Positions 8,365 to 17,604 of a stretch of 64,000 nt of DNA are shown one piece after another (the stretch's first letter is position 1; each line of letters starts with the position of its first letter). A model generated the notes under the pieces. That model saw only the letters and a program-made list of their open reading frames with translations, ran no database searches and was not told where the DNA came from. Origin of the DNA: Candidatus Gallimonas merdae (GTDB lineage Bacteria > Bacillota > Clostridia > Christensenellales > Borkfalkiaceae); contig CAJFRT010000007.1 in NCBI GenBank assembly GCA_904419525.1, positions 3,250 to 67,249 of the forward strand. The letters are read 5' to 3'. A program made the translations under genes and the position numbers.

Positions 8365-9210
8365 TCATTCTGCAAGGACAAGCCGGTCGTTTTCTTCCCG
8401 TACTTCAACATAATGCGGGCGTTCCGCGCCAGACGGATTGTTGGGCATGTGATAGGTGACGCAAAGTTTTCCGTTTTTTGAAAACAGCATGCCGTGCCCG
8501 CCGTCCTGTCCGATCAGGGGAACGGGAATGTGCGTCCAGGGACCTTCGATGCGGTCCGCCGTCGCCATGCCCATCGCATAGCCCTTTTCTCCGTTGCTCG
8601 ACCAGAGCATCAGCAGTTTTCCGCTCTTCAGGCGGTGCAGAAACGGGCCGTCCGTCACAAAGTTTTTTTCGTCAAAACCGCGCGTCCAGGGCGCCTGCGA
8701 TGCGCGGAACAGAATGCGGACGGGACCTTTGATGGTCAGGTCGTCTCCAAGCTCGGCCAGTACCATTTCGCCGTCCCCGCACTGAGTCCATTCGTGGCAG
8801 AACACCGTATATCTCCTGCCGTCTTCTTCAAAGTAGGTCGCGTCGAGGCAGTCCCATTCGGGCGGGGTAAGGGGGTCGGGGAGGGGGATAAAAGTGCCGT
8901 CCGGCGTGTCGCACACCAGGATATGCGATTTGCGGTGTTCGCCCGCCCGGAAAAAGGAGGCAAACATATAGAATTTTCCGTCGATCTTATGGACTTCGGG
9001 CGCCCAGTAGTTTTCGTCCGACCAAAAGGAGGGAGAGGGACGGAAGACAGGCTTCCGGACGAAGTTTTCTCCGTCTTCGCTGACATAGACGTCAAAACCG
9101 ATTGCTTTCCCGGACCACGAACCGGCTCCGCCCGTGGTGCCGTACAGATACAATACGCCGTTTTCCGTCAGGATAAAGGGGTCGCGCAGATTGATTTCAT
9201 TCAGTTTCAT
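8365..9210 (-). CDS. Glycoside hydrolase family 43 (beta-xylosidase/alpha-L-arabinofuranosidase type)
   Basis: MKLNEINLRDPFIL... with GH43-like five-bladed propeller repeats (my reading). ATG 9210 has RBS GAGGA. The upstream ATG 9234 sits 2 nt after the -10 box and is rejected. Confidence 0.8.
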   Translation of the reverse strand: MKLNEINLRDPFILTENGVLYLYGTTGGAGSWSGKAIGFDVYVSEDGENFVRKPVFRPSPSFWSDENYWAPEVHKIDGKFYMFASFFRAGEHRKSHILVCDTPDGTFIPLPDPLTPPEWDCLDATYFEEDGRRYTVFCHEWTQCGDGEMVLAELGDDLTIKGPVRILFRASQAPWTRGFDEKNFVTDGPFLHRLKSGKLLMLWSSNGEKGYAMGMATADRIEGPWTHIPVPLIGQDGGHGMLFSKNGKLCVTYHMPNNPSGAERPHYVEVREENDRLVLAE

Positions 9211-9236
9211 GGCTGGATCCTCATCTTTTTTCATAG

Positions 9237-9264
9237 ATTATACAGGGTTTGCGCGGAATGTCAA
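9237..9264 (-). promoter_or_regulatory. Sigma-70-type promoter of the GH43 gene
   Basis: Minus strand TTGACA, 16 nt spacer, TATAAT. Confidence 0.7.
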
Positions 9265-9328
9265 GATATTTTCTTTATTTTTTCATCATGCTACTTCAAG
9301 GTAATGGGAAGACTCCTTTGAGAGTACG

Positions 9329-9364
9329 AAAAAAAAGCGGCGCCGCTGTGTCGGCGCCGCTTTT
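9329..9364. terminator. Orphan intrinsic-terminator-like hairpin between divergent promoters
   Basis: A8-GCGGCGCCG-CTGTGT-CGGCGCCGC-T4. The U-tract is stronger on the minus strand. No annotated gene ends here. Confidence 0.6.
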
Positions 9365-9514
9365 CGATTGAAAATTTTGCAGCGGGAAAGAGAAAGGGGC
9401 TTCGCGCGTTGAACGTCGGAACTCCGGCGGAAGATTTTCGGTGAGGAGTTTTTATTATTTAATTTCAAAATAAAATATTTTAGAAAATCATAAAAATAAT
9501 TTTCGGCTATTTTA

Positions 9515-9542
9515 TTGACAAAACGAAAATCTCTGCTATAAT
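9515..9542 (+). promoter_or_regulatory. Sigma-70-type promoter of the GH51 gene
   Basis: TTGACA, 16 nt spacer, TATAAT, inside a strongly AT-rich stretch. Confidence 0.7.
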
Positions 9543-9600
9543 ATGGACAGAGACTAAAATGGGAGGAGCCGCGCCGTGCAAACGGCGGTCGGGCGGACTG

Positions 9601-12210
9601 ATGGCTATGTTGCATTACACATTGGACGCAAAGAAACGGGGCGTTGAAGTTTCCCGTGAGTTGTATGGTTTGTTCTTTGAGGACATCAACCAGGCTGCGG
9701 ACGGCGGTCTGAATGCCGAAATGGTAATCAATAATTCTTTTGAATTTTCATATTTTTCCTATGATGATTATAATGCCGGAAGCGCGGTGGAAGCGCGCGG
9801 CGCGAATGGGTTTTACTGGGATATTTATGGCGCCGGGCCGAGAAAACTTTGCAAGACAGGCGGCATGAATGCAAACAATCCCACATATCTGCTGCTGAAT
9901 ATCGGCGGGATTTATCATCTGGAAAATCCGGGCTACTATACAAACGGCGGGTACGATATGTACGGAATGCCCGTCGTCAATGGGGAGACCTATCATTTTT
10001 CCATGTGGGTCAGGCGGCTTGGGTTCAAGGGAATTGCCAAGGTGTTTATCCGCGGGGCGCACGGACGCCATACGACGATCGGCGAAATTGCGACCCCGGA
10101 AGGCGATGAAGGGGACTGGATCAAAGTTTCCGCTTCCATTGTCGCGGAAAAAGACACGATGGGGCGCCTTTGCATTGTCTTTGAGGGAAACGGAAAACTC
10201 GGTGTTGACTATGTTTCCCTGCTCCCCGCCACGACCTGGGGCGATCCGGACAAATACCGCAACGGGAAACTTTCCCCACGCCTCGTTCAGGTTCTGAAGG
10301 ACTGCCATCCCGCGTTTGTCCGCTTCCCCGGCGGTTGCGTCGTGGAAGGAGACGTCTCGTTCGATTATCAGTATAAATGGCGCAATACCGTCGGCCCGCT
10401 TGAAAGCAGAAAGCAAATCCCGAATCTGTGGAGATATATGCAGTCCTACGGGGTGGGCTTCTATGAGTATTTCTGCCTGTGCGAAGATATCGGCGCAACG
10501 CCTCTTCCCGTATTGCATTGCGGCGTGCTCTGTCAGATCCGCATGGGGGAACAGCGGCAGACGGGCTATCAGCGCATTGTCCCCGGAACGAGCCGTTTCC
10601 AGAGCGAAGTCATTGACAATGTGGCCGATCTCATCTATTTCGCAAAGGGCGACGTTTCTTCCAAGGACAGGAACGAATCTTATTGGGCGAAAGTGCGCGC
10701 CGATATGGGGCACCCCGCGCCTTTCGAGCTGAAATATATCGGTATCGGAAACGAGAACTGGGGATATGAGTATTTCGACAATTTCGCTTCCTGTCTGCTC
10801 GGCGTCCGGCAGTATATGTATGCGGGGCGCATGACGGATCTTCTCAAGAAGTTCGACATCACGGTCGTGACCTCTGCAGGCGTGGATATCCGCCCTCAGG
10901 ATACCAACGACAACTGGAAGCTGATCAATGAAAAATACCGCGACATGATCGTGGACGAGCATGTCTATAACTCCTACCAGTGGTTCATCGATAATACAAA
11001 GCGCTATGATTGCTATGACCGCACGGGCGCCAAGGTGTTCATGGGCGAATATGCAATGCATACAATGTCCGACGGCAGGGGGCGTCTGAACGGGGACAAC
11101 AATCTGCGCTCCGCGCTCTCCGAAGCCGCGTTCCTTACGGGCTGCGAGCGCAATTCCGATGTGGTGAAGATGACGTGCTATGCGCCGCTCTTTGCTTCCA
11201 CTTACAATTATCGCTGGACGCCGGATATGATCTGGTTCAACGCGCGCGATGTCATGCTGACGCCGAACTATTTTGTGCAGCAGATGTTTGCTTCCAATGT
11301 CGGGAAGTACACCCTGACGGGCGTTTCCGAGGTCAATGACGACAATTCGGGCGGACTTCTGTTCGGAGGGCACCGCACGGCCAGTGCCGTTGCGAGCGTG
11401 ACGGTAAGGGACATCGCTGCGGGCAAGGAGCTCTATCATCATTCGTTCAAGGACGGCATGGGGGGCTGGAAAGTCTATCCCAACTGCCGCGGCGGGCATA
11501 TCGAGAACGGCGAGCTGATCGTTGAGGAGAGTGACGCATTCAACGGATTCTACTACGATGAGCAGAAGTTCGGCGACTGCGAGATCGAGATCGCGTTCCG
11601 CAGGCTCTCCGGCGAGCAGAGCTTCATTGCCGGCGCCGGGGTATCCGATGTGCGCGATGCGGGCACGATGGACAGCGCGGGATTTTCGATTTGCTGCCAG
11701 TACGGCAAGAATCATAAGGGTTACGATGTTTCGTTTGACAAGCGCGTGGACTTCATTCGCACAGTCTGCGAGATGATGGGAAAAGACAAGTTCCTCGGAT
11801 ACAGTCCGGAAGGGAACATCATGAAGCTCAGGTACACGCGCAAGACGTTCTCTGCAGAAATTTTCAAGGACGGAGCATGGCACGAAGTCCTCTTCAAAAA
11901 TATCTGGAAAGTCAACGAGCGCGTTTTCCAGTCTGCCACGGTGGACGATGACGGTAAGATCTATCTGAAGATCGTCAATGTGTCCGGAAGCGATGAAACG
12001 CTGGAGGCAGACCTTATCGGGTTCGGACAGAAGAAAAAGGCGCGCGTCACAACGCTCTGGCATGACGACGTGACTGTCATCAATGAAATCGATGTGCGTG
12101 CCGGCAAGGTCCACAATATTGAGCCCGTTGAAAGCGAGATCCGCATTCAGAACAATGTTCTGCGGGCTCCCGTCAAAAACAACAGTGTTTCGGTGTATGT
12201 GATCGAGTAA
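9601..12210 (+). CDS. GH51 alpha-L-arabinofuranosidase, long form with extra C-terminal concanavalin/LamG-like region
   Basis: LYGLFFEDINQAADGGLNAEMVINNSFEF N-terminal module and IGIGNENWG acid/base motif. 869 aa versus about 500-660 aa for the GH51 enzymes I know of. Confidence 0.8.
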   Translation: MAMLHYTLDAKKRGVEVSRELYGLFFEDINQAADGGLNAEMVINNSFEFSYFSYDDYNAGSAVEARGANGFYWDIYGAGPRKLCKTGGMNANNPTYLLLNIGGIYHLENPGYYTNGGYDMYGMPVVNGETYHFSMWVRRLGFKGIAKVFIRGAHGRHTTIGEIATPEGDEGDWIKVSASIVAEKDTMGRLCIVFEGNGKLGVDYVSLLPATTWGDPDKYRNGKLSPRLVQVLKDCHPAFVRFPGGCVVEGDVSFDYQYKWRNTVGPLESRKQIPNLWRYMQSYGVGFYEYFCLCEDIGATPLPVLHCGVLCQIRMGEQRQTGYQRIVPGTSRFQSEVIDNVADLIYFAKGDVSSKDRNESYWAKVRADMGHPAPFELKYIGIGNENWGYEYFDNFASCLLGVRQYMYAGRMTDLLKKFDITVVTSAGVDIRPQDTNDNWKLINEKYRDMIVDEHVYNSYQWFIDNTKRYDCYDRTGAKVFMGEYAMHTMSDGRGRLNGDNNLRSALSEAAFLTGCERNSDVVKMTCYAPLFASTYNYRWTPDMIWFNARDVMLTPNYFVQQMFASNVGKYTLTGVSEVNDDNSGGLLFGGHRTASAVASVTVRDIAAGKELYHHSFKDGMGGWKVYPNCRGGHIENGELIVEESDAFNGFYYDEQKFGDCEIEIAFRRLSGEQSFIAGAGVSDVRDAGTMDSAGFSICCQYGKNHKGYDVSFDKRVDFIRTVCEMMGKDKFLGYSPEGNIMKLRYTRKTFSAEIFKDGAWHEVLFKNIWKVNERVFQSATVDDDGKIYLKIVNVSGSDETLEADLIGFGQKKKARVTTLWHDDVTVINEIDVRAGKVHNIEPVESEIRIQNNVLRAPVKNNSVSVYVIE

Positions 12211-12226
12211 GTTTATATGGAATTCA

Positions 12227-12254
12227 GCCCCGCGGGAAAATCCCGCGGGGTTTT
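12227..12254 (+). terminator. Rho-independent terminator after the GH51 gene
   Basis: CCCCGCGGGA-AAAT-TCCCGCGGGG 10 bp stem followed by TTTT. Confidence 0.9.
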
Positions 12255-12281
12255 CATATTCCGGCGTCTGCGGCATATCAT
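12254..12281 (+). promoter_or_regulatory. Sigma-E-like sporulation promoter of the spoIIIA operon
   Basis: TCATATT, 13 nt spacer, CATATCAT. Resembles the B. subtilis sigma-E consensus as I recall it (kmATATT, about 14 nt, CATACAhT). The ATG lies 5 nt downstream and has no SD. Confidence 0.45.
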
Positions 12282-12286
12282 ATACC

Positions 12287-13126
12287 ATGCTGGAATTTCT
12301 TCCGCCCCGTCTCCGCGATGCCGTGCGGCACGTCAATCTGAATCTTCTGTATGAGCTTCGCGTGCGGGCGGACAAGCCGCTGCGCGCCAATCTCGGCGGA
12401 AGGTTCTGCTATCTGGGGGAATTCGGGGAGACGGATCGGGAGAGCGATGCGCTCCGGCCGACGGAAGCGGAAATTTCCGATACCTTGTTTGCGGCAAGCG
12501 GTTACTCCGTCTATTCGGTCGCGGAACAGATGAAAAAGGGATTTCTGACAGGAGAAGAGGGGGAGCGCATCGGGATCGCGGGCAGCTATGTCTATGAGGA
12601 CGGGGGCGTTCTCTCCGTTCATGCAGTCACTTCGCTCTGTATCCGTGTGCCGCATGCCGTTGAGGGCTGTGCGGAAGAAATTTACAGCCGGTGTCTCTCC
12701 GATCATATGCGTTCTCTCATTCTGCTCTCTCCGCCCGGCGGAGGGAAGACGACGCTGCTGCGCGACCTGACGCGGCTTGTGTGCGAAAAAAGACTTCTGA
12801 ATGTTCTTGTGAGCGATGAGCGCGGGGAGCTATCGGCGGGAGATCTCGGGAAGACATCGGACATCGTGCGGTTTGCGGACAAGCTGACTGCGTTCACGGC
12901 CGGGATCCGCGCAATGCGGCCGGAGCTGATCGTGACGGACGAGCTCCTTCCGGAGGATTATGCGGCGGTCAGCCGGGCAATGTGCAGCGGGATCTTCGTG
13001 TTTGCTTCCGCGCATCTGGTGCGTGTAAGCGATGTTCCCAAGAAAATATTCGATCGCTACATTTTGCTTGACGGACTTGGAAAGATCGGCAGGATCTGCG
13101 GGGCGGACGGAAATGTTGTGGCTTAA
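12287..13126 (+). CDS. spoIIIAA: Stage III sporulation protein AA (ATPase)
   Basis: Walker A LLSPPGGGKTTLLRDL. First gene of an eight-gene spoIIIA-like cluster. Confidence 0.9.
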   Translation: MLEFLPPRLRDAVRHVNLNLLYELRVRADKPLRANLGGRFCYLGEFGETDRESDALRPTEAEISDTLFAASGYSVYSVAEQMKKGFLTGEEGERIGIAGSYVYEDGGVLSVHAVTSLCIRVPHAVEGCAEEIYSRCLSDHMRSLILLSPPGGGKTTLLRDLTRLVCEKRLLNVLVSDERGELSAGDLGKTSDIVRFADKLTAFTAGIRAMRPELIVTDELLPEDYAAVSRAMCSGIFVFASAHLVRVSDVPKKIFDRYILLDGLGKIGRICGADGNVVA

Positions 13127-13583
13127 GATCATTGTCAGCTGTGCCATTGTTGCATTCGGAATAGGGATCGGATATCTTGCGGCCGGAAAATATCGCAGCA
13201 GAAAAAAATTTTTTGCACAGCTGTATGACTTTAACGAGCGATATCTGAGTGAACTTGGCTATTCGCGCAAGCCGCTCCCCGTGTTTTTGAAGGAATTCCC
13301 CGCAACGGGGGACTTCCGGAAATCTCTCGAAGGGCTTGCTTTTTCGCGGGCGCCGGATCTCAGGTATCCGTATCTTACCGCCGATGAAAAGAAGGAGTGC
13401 GGCGATTATTTTTTCATGCTCGGCCGCGGCGATGCGCAGTCGCAGAGCGGATATTTTGGTGCGCGCAGGGAGCCGCTCGGGGAAAAGAAGGCGGCGTGCG
13501 AAAAGGAGGCTAAGGCAAAGGGCGAGCTCTACATTAAGCTCGGCCTTCTGGCGGGGCTTGCTTTCGTAATTCTCATTATCTGA
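13113..13583 (+). CDS. spoIIIAB: Stage III sporulation protein AB
   Basis: MLWLKIIVSCAIVAFGIG... TM start. Position and size fit SpoIIIAB. Overlaps the end of spoIIIAA. Confidence 0.8.
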   Translation: MLWLKIIVSCAIVAFGIGIGYLAAGKYRSRKKFFAQLYDFNERYLSELGYSRKPLPVFLKEFPATGDFRKSLEGLAFSRAPDLRYPYLTADEKKECGDYFFMLGRGDAQSQSGYFGARREPLGEKKAACEKEAKAKGELYIKLGLLAGLAFVILII

Positions 13584-13781
13584 ATGGATATTTCCGTTAT
13601 TTTCAGACTTGCGGCGATCGGTATTATTGTTACGGTCGTCTGTCAGGTCCTAAAAAAATCCGATCGCGATGACATTTCGACCGTTGTTTCGATCGTCGGC
13701 CTTGTCATTGCGCTCACCATTGCCGTGACTATGATCGGCGATCTGTTTGAAACGGTACAGGATATTTTCGGAGTCACATGA
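13584..13781 (+). CDS. spoIIIAC: Stage III sporulation protein AC
   Basis: 65 aa protein with two TM helices, in the expected position. Confidence 0.8.
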   Translation: MDISVIFRLAAIGIIVTVVCQVLKKSDRDDISTVVSIVGLVIALTIAVTMIGDLFETVQDIFGVT

Positions 13782-14179
13782 CCGCGCAGATCTTTCAGCT
13801 TGTGGGAATCGCGCTGATCACCGCGGTTGCCGCGATCCTTGTCAAGAGTACCAAACCCGAACTTGCACTTGCCGTCACGATCGCGGGGAGCGTCATTCTC
13901 CTGCTGTTTGTATTGGAAGTGTTCCGCGGAAGTATCGGTATTTTTACGGAGATCGCGGAGATGACGGGATTGGACGCTGCGATCGTAAAGACGCTGCTGA
14001 AGATGGTCGGCATCGGATATCTTGTGGAATTCGGCGCGGGGATCCTGAATGATTTCGGGCAGAATTCTCTTGCGGACAAGTTGGTGTTCTGCGGAAAATT
14101 ACTCGTGCTTATTCTGGCTGTACCGATTCTGGAAAGTATTCTGGAACTCATAAGCGACTTGTTGGGGCTGATCGCATGA
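13778..14179 (+). CDS. spoIIIAD: Stage III sporulation protein AD
   Basis: 133 aa polytopic membrane protein. ATGA overlap with spoIIIAC. Confidence 0.8.
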   Translation: MTAQIFQLVGIALITAVAAILVKSTKPELALAVTIAGSVILLLFVLEVFRGSIGIFTEIAEMTGLDAAIVKTLLKMVGIGYLVEFGAGILNDFGQNSLADKLVFCGKLLVLILAVPILESILELISDLLGLIA

Positions 14180-15393
14180 AAAGAACAGGCTTCATCAGAA
14201 GACGCCGCATTCCGTGCGCTCTTATCGCCGCGTTTGTCATACTGCTTCTGATCCTTGTCGGAGTGGCCGGCGGTCCGGTGGCTGAGGCGGATGCCTATAC
14301 GCCGGAAGAGGAGGCTGCGCTGGAAGAGCTGCAGGACAAGGTGGACGAACTCCTTGAGGCGCTTGATACGGAAGAACTGCAGGCCTATCTGGATTCTCTG
14401 ACGGAATTCAGTGGAATGGACATCAAAGAAACGCTTTCCTCCGTCATTACGGGCGATTTTGCGCTTGATTATTCTTCGCTGTGGCAGTCTGCACTTGCAC
14501 TTGTCTTTAATGAGGGAAGGGCAATGCTGCCTGCGTTTGCCGTTGTGCTCGCGGCCGCATTGCTTTGTGGGATCCTGAATTCTGCAAAAAATGGATTTTT
14601 ACAAAGTACTATGTCTGACATAATTAACTTTGTTACTTATATTGCGGTCGGTGCGGTGGTGCTTGCGGTACTGACGGGCGTATTGCAGACGGGATTTTCC
14701 GCAATGGGGAGCATGCAACGGCAGATGGAGATCGTCTATCCCGTTTTGCTCACATTGATGGCGGCAAGTGGAGGGTCGGTTTCGGCGGGGGTATTCCGTC
14801 CGGCGGTCGCGTTTCTCTCGAGCGCCGTGTGCGAAATGTTTACGGCCATTGTTTTGCCCGCTTCCGTCGTTGTGATCGTACTTGCGTTTGTCGGCAATCT
14901 CTCCCCGGATGTCCGGACGGAAAAGCTCGGCGACCTGTTCAAGAGTATCAATAAATGGCTGATCGGCCTTACGCTCGGCCTTCTGACGCTGTTTCTGACC
15001 GTGCAGGGGATCGCCTCTTCGCAATACGACGGGCTGTCTCTGCGCGCGATCAAGTATCTGGTATCGGGATCTGTTCCCATCGTCGGAGGATTTTTGTCGG
15101 GCGGGCTTGATCTCGTTCTGGCGGGAAGTGCCCTGATCAAAAATGCGGTCGGCTCCTTTGCGGTCTTTCTGCTTTTCGGCGCGCTGCTGCGTCCCGTGCT
15201 GCTGTTTGCGGCCTTCCAGCTGTTTCTGCGCCTTTGTGCGGCGGCGACGGAACCGGTTGGCGGAAAGGTCTCTGCCTTTCTCTCGCGTCTTGCGACGGAC
15301 AGCGGATTTTTTCTGGCCGGGCTTCTGTGCATCGCATTTTTATATTTCCTGACGCTCGTCCTGCTCGTCTGTTCTACGGGGGTGATCTTCTGA
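14176..15393 (+). CDS. spoIIIAE: Stage III sporulation protein AE
   Basis: 405 aa polytopic membrane protein with a signal/TM start. Expected position and size. Confidence 0.85.
   Translation: MKRTGFIRRRRIPCALIAAFVILLLILVGVAGGPVAEADAYTPEEEAALEELQDKVDELLEALDTEELQAYLDSLTEFSGMDIKETLSSVITGDFALDYSSLWQSALALVFNEGRAMLPAFAVVLAAALLCGILNSAKNGFLQSTMSDIINFVTYIAVGAVVLAVLTGVLQTGFSAMGSMQRQMEIVYPVLLTLMAASGGSVSAGVFRPAVAFLSSAVCEMFTAIVLPASVVVIVLAFVGNLSPDVRTEKLGDLFKSINKWLIGLTLGLLTLFLTVQGIASSQYDGLSLRAIKYLVSGSVPIVGGFLSGGLDLVLAGSALIKNAVGSFAVFLLFGALLRPVLLFAAFQLFLRLCAAATEPVGGKVSAFLSRLATDSGFFLAGLLCIAFLYFLTLVLLVCSTGVIF
14602..14632. repeat. AT-rich palindrome family, copy 2 (CAAAGTACTATGTC-T-GACATAATTAACTTTG), inside spoIIIAE
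   Basis: In frame with spoIIIAE and translated as QSTMSDIINF. AT-rich patch within a GC-rich CDS. Confidence 0.85.
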
Positions 15394-15848
15394 TGAAGGC
15401 ATATATCCTGAGTATAGCCGGCGTTGTTCTGTTCGCCGCGGTCATAACGATCATTGCTCCGGGCGGAAAGATGGGGAAGTTTCTCAAGGGCGCCGTCAAG
15501 CTGGTCATTCTGTTTGTCATGGTCTCTCCGCTTGTATCGATCTTTTCCGAAGGGGAATTTGCGTTTGAAACGGCGCAGATCGGGACAGACGAGGAATACC
15601 TTGCCCATTGTGCCGATCAGCTCTCCGAAGAAGACGAAGCCGCGATCATCGGTTATTTGTCGGAAGAATACGGCGTGACGGCCGAAGCGCAGGTGAACCG
15701 CCGCGCAGACGGGGAGTTTTCCTATGAAAAAATTCTGATCAAAATCACGGATTTCGGCATAATCGGGCAGGACGAGCATATACATATTAGCGAAGAGATC
15801 GAAAAGATGCTGGAAGCGCGCTACGGTTGCGATGCGGAGGTCACATGA
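15393..15848 (+). CDS. spoIIIAF: Stage III sporulation protein AF
   Basis: MKAYILSIAGVVLFAAVITIIAPG start overlapping the spoIIIAE stop (TGATG). Confidence 0.8.
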   Translation: MKAYILSIAGVVLFAAVITIIAPGGKMGKFLKGAVKLVILFVMVSPLVSIFSEGEFAFETAQIGTDEEYLAHCADQLSEEDEAAIIGYLSEEYGVTAEAQVNRRADGEFSYEKILIKITDFGIIGQDEHIHISEEIEKMLEARYGCDAEVT

Positions 15849-16210
15849 AAGAAGCTTTTCGCAGGCTGTGGGCGAATAAGACGGCGAAGATCCTTCTCGT
15901 GGCCGGGGCGGCGCTCGTTCTGCTGCTTGTCAGCTGGCTGGTCTTCGGAAGGGAGGAGACAAGGGCCACTTCCGGGTTTGTTCAGACAGAGCAGGAAGAG
16001 CGGCTTGCGGCGATCCTTTCCGAAGTGGAGGACGCCGGAAACGTTTCCGTCATGATCACGCAGGAAGGGGGCGTCCCGGTGAGTGCGATCGTCATGTTTG
16101 ACGGCCCGGACGGGATTCTTGTCCGGCTCCGACTGACGCAAATCACCGCGCGGGCTCTGGATATTGCCGAAAACAGGGTGCTTGTCTGCCCTTCGGACAC
16201 TCGGAAATAA
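15845..16210 (+). CDS. spoIIIAG: Stage III sporulation protein AG
   Basis: MKEAFRRLWANKTAKILLVAG... single TM helix plus C-terminal domain, in the expected position. Confidence 0.75.
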   Translation: MKEAFRRLWANKTAKILLVAGAALVLLLVSWLVFGREETRATSGFVQTEQEERLAAILSEVEDAGNVSVMITQEGGVPVSAIVMFDGPDGILVRLRLTQITARALDIAENRVLVCPSDTRK

Positions 16211-16235
16211 TTATTTTTATGAAGGAGATAGAACT

Positions 16236-16715
16236 ATGTCCAATACGAAGAAAATTGCCTTGATGTCTACGTTGGTGCTGTTGCTTGCCGTGACCGCGAT
16301 CTGCAATTTCGTGCTCGCTGGCACGCAGACGCAGGACGTCAATGCAGACGTGGAGGCAAATTATTTCACGACCTATCGGGCCGACCGCAATTCGACGCGC
16401 AGCGAAGAATTTGTGCAGCTTGACAGTGTGATCTCTGCCTATGAGGAAGGGACGGAAGAGCATAAAGCGGCTCTCGAGCGCAAGCAGGAGCTTGTCGAGA
16501 TGATGGAAGATGAGCTTGTGATGGAGTCCATCATCAAATCGATGGGATTTTCTGATGCGGCAGTCGCGATCGGCGATTCCGACAACATCAATGTCTTTGT
16601 CAATTCGAGCGAGCTGACGGACGAAATGGTGACGAAAATTTTCTATGCGCTCGAAGTGGAGCACCAGATCCGCGACGGAAACATTATAATTATGCCTGTT
16701 TATGCGGAAAGTTGA
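16236..16715 (+). CDS. spoIIIAH: Stage III sporulation protein AH
   Basis: RBS GAAGGAG. MSNTKKIALMSTLVLLLAV TM start. Last gene of the cluster. Confidence 0.75.
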   Translation: MSNTKKIALMSTLVLLLAVTAICNFVLAGTQTQDVNADVEANYFTTYRADRNSTRSEEFVQLDSVISAYEEGTEEHKAALERKQELVEMMEDELVMESIIKSMGFSDAAVAIGDSDNINVFVNSSELTDEMVTKIFYALEVEHQIRDGNIIIMPVYAES

Positions 16716-16775
16716 AAAAAACAGTGGTAATTCAGGAAAAGATGTGCTATAATAGTTCCGGTAAAGGAGACTGTT

Positions 16776-17150
16776 ATGGCAAGCATCAAGTATAATCCCA
16801 ACGGTCAGAAAGGTAAGATCACCTATAATGCCGATATCGTAAGCGGGATCGTCGTTCTGAGTCTGCAGGAAACAGAGGGGATCGAGCTGGTTCCCTCAAA
16901 GAACAAAGGCATCAAGGTATGCTTTGAAAAGGAAGGCGTCTTTGTGGACATCTCCGTCATTGCTTACTATGGCTATAAAGTTCCGGAGCTTGCCTTCCGC
17001 ATTCAGCAGACGATCAAACAGATGGTCGAGTCCATGACAAAATACAAGATCGCCAAAGTGGACGTGCACATCACCAGCGTCATTTTCCCTGTTCCGAAGA
17101 GCGAGCCGGAAGAGCCCGCGGAGACGGCGGAAGAGGCGGCGAACGCATAA
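16776..17150 (+). CDS. Asp23/Gls24 family envelope stress protein
   Basis: KITYNADIVSGIVVLSLQETEGI and the KVDVHITSV tail are typical of Asp23. RBS AAAGGAG. TGcTATAAT extended -10 at 16745-16753. Confidence 0.8.
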   Translation: MASIKYNPNGQKGKITYNADIVSGIVVLSLQETEGIELVPSKNKGIKVCFEKEGVFVDISVIAYYGYKVPELAFRIQQTIKQMVESMTKYKIAKVDVHITSVIFPVPKSEPEEPAETAEEAANA

Positions 17151-17211
17151 ATGAAGAACGGCAACGTTCCCTCTCGCGTGCGGGAGGGAACGCTTCCATG
17201 AGGAAAACGAT

Positions 17212-17604
17212 ATGAGAAGCGATGCCCGCGAGGCGGCATTTAAGATTATTTTTGCCGATTTATTCGGCGGCGACGGGGAAAAGAATTTCCGCGCCGCGTT
17301 ATACAAACAGGCGCACCTGAGCGAAGAGGAGTGCGCCTTTGCGGAACGCATCGTCGATGCGTTCTTTCGCCATAAGGAGGAGCTTTCGGCGGAGATCGCT
17401 TCTTCCGTGACGAGATTTGCCGATTACAGGATCTATCCGGCCGACCGTGCGGCGCTGCTTCTGGCGCTTGCCGAGATCAGGTATCTTGACGATGTCCCGC
17501 CCGTTGTCTCCGTCTCTGAGGCAACGGCGCTTGCGCGCAAGTATTCCACGGAGCGCTCGGCGGATTTTGTGAACGGCGTGCTCGGAGGGATTATCAACAG
17601 ATGA
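17212..17604 (+). CDS. nusB: Transcription antitermination factor NusB
   Basis: 130 aa. MRSDAREAAFKIIF start and the VSVSEATALARKYSTERSADFVNGVLG C-terminal motif. Confidence 0.9.
   Translation: MRSDAREAAFKIIFADLFGGDGEKNFRAALYKQAHLSEEECAFAERIVDAFFRHKEELSAEIASSVTRFADYRIYPADRAALLLALAEIRYLDDVPPVVSVSEATALARKYSTERSADFVNGVLGGIINR

Noticed and set aside
7865-8411. ORFs of 80-167 aa running through the tRNA-Leu gene and the 138 bp tandem repeat on both strands.
   Set aside because: They overlap a tRNA and its terminator. Their internal repeats simply mirror the DNA duplication. They have no RBS and no motifs.
17163-17195. 9 bp GC-rich hairpin (CGTTCCCTC / GAGGGAACG) between the asp23-like gene and nusB, considered as a terminator or attenuator.
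   Set aside because: No U-tract follows it. The gap is only 61 nt within an apparently co-transcribed gene series. There is not enough evidence to call a regulatory element.
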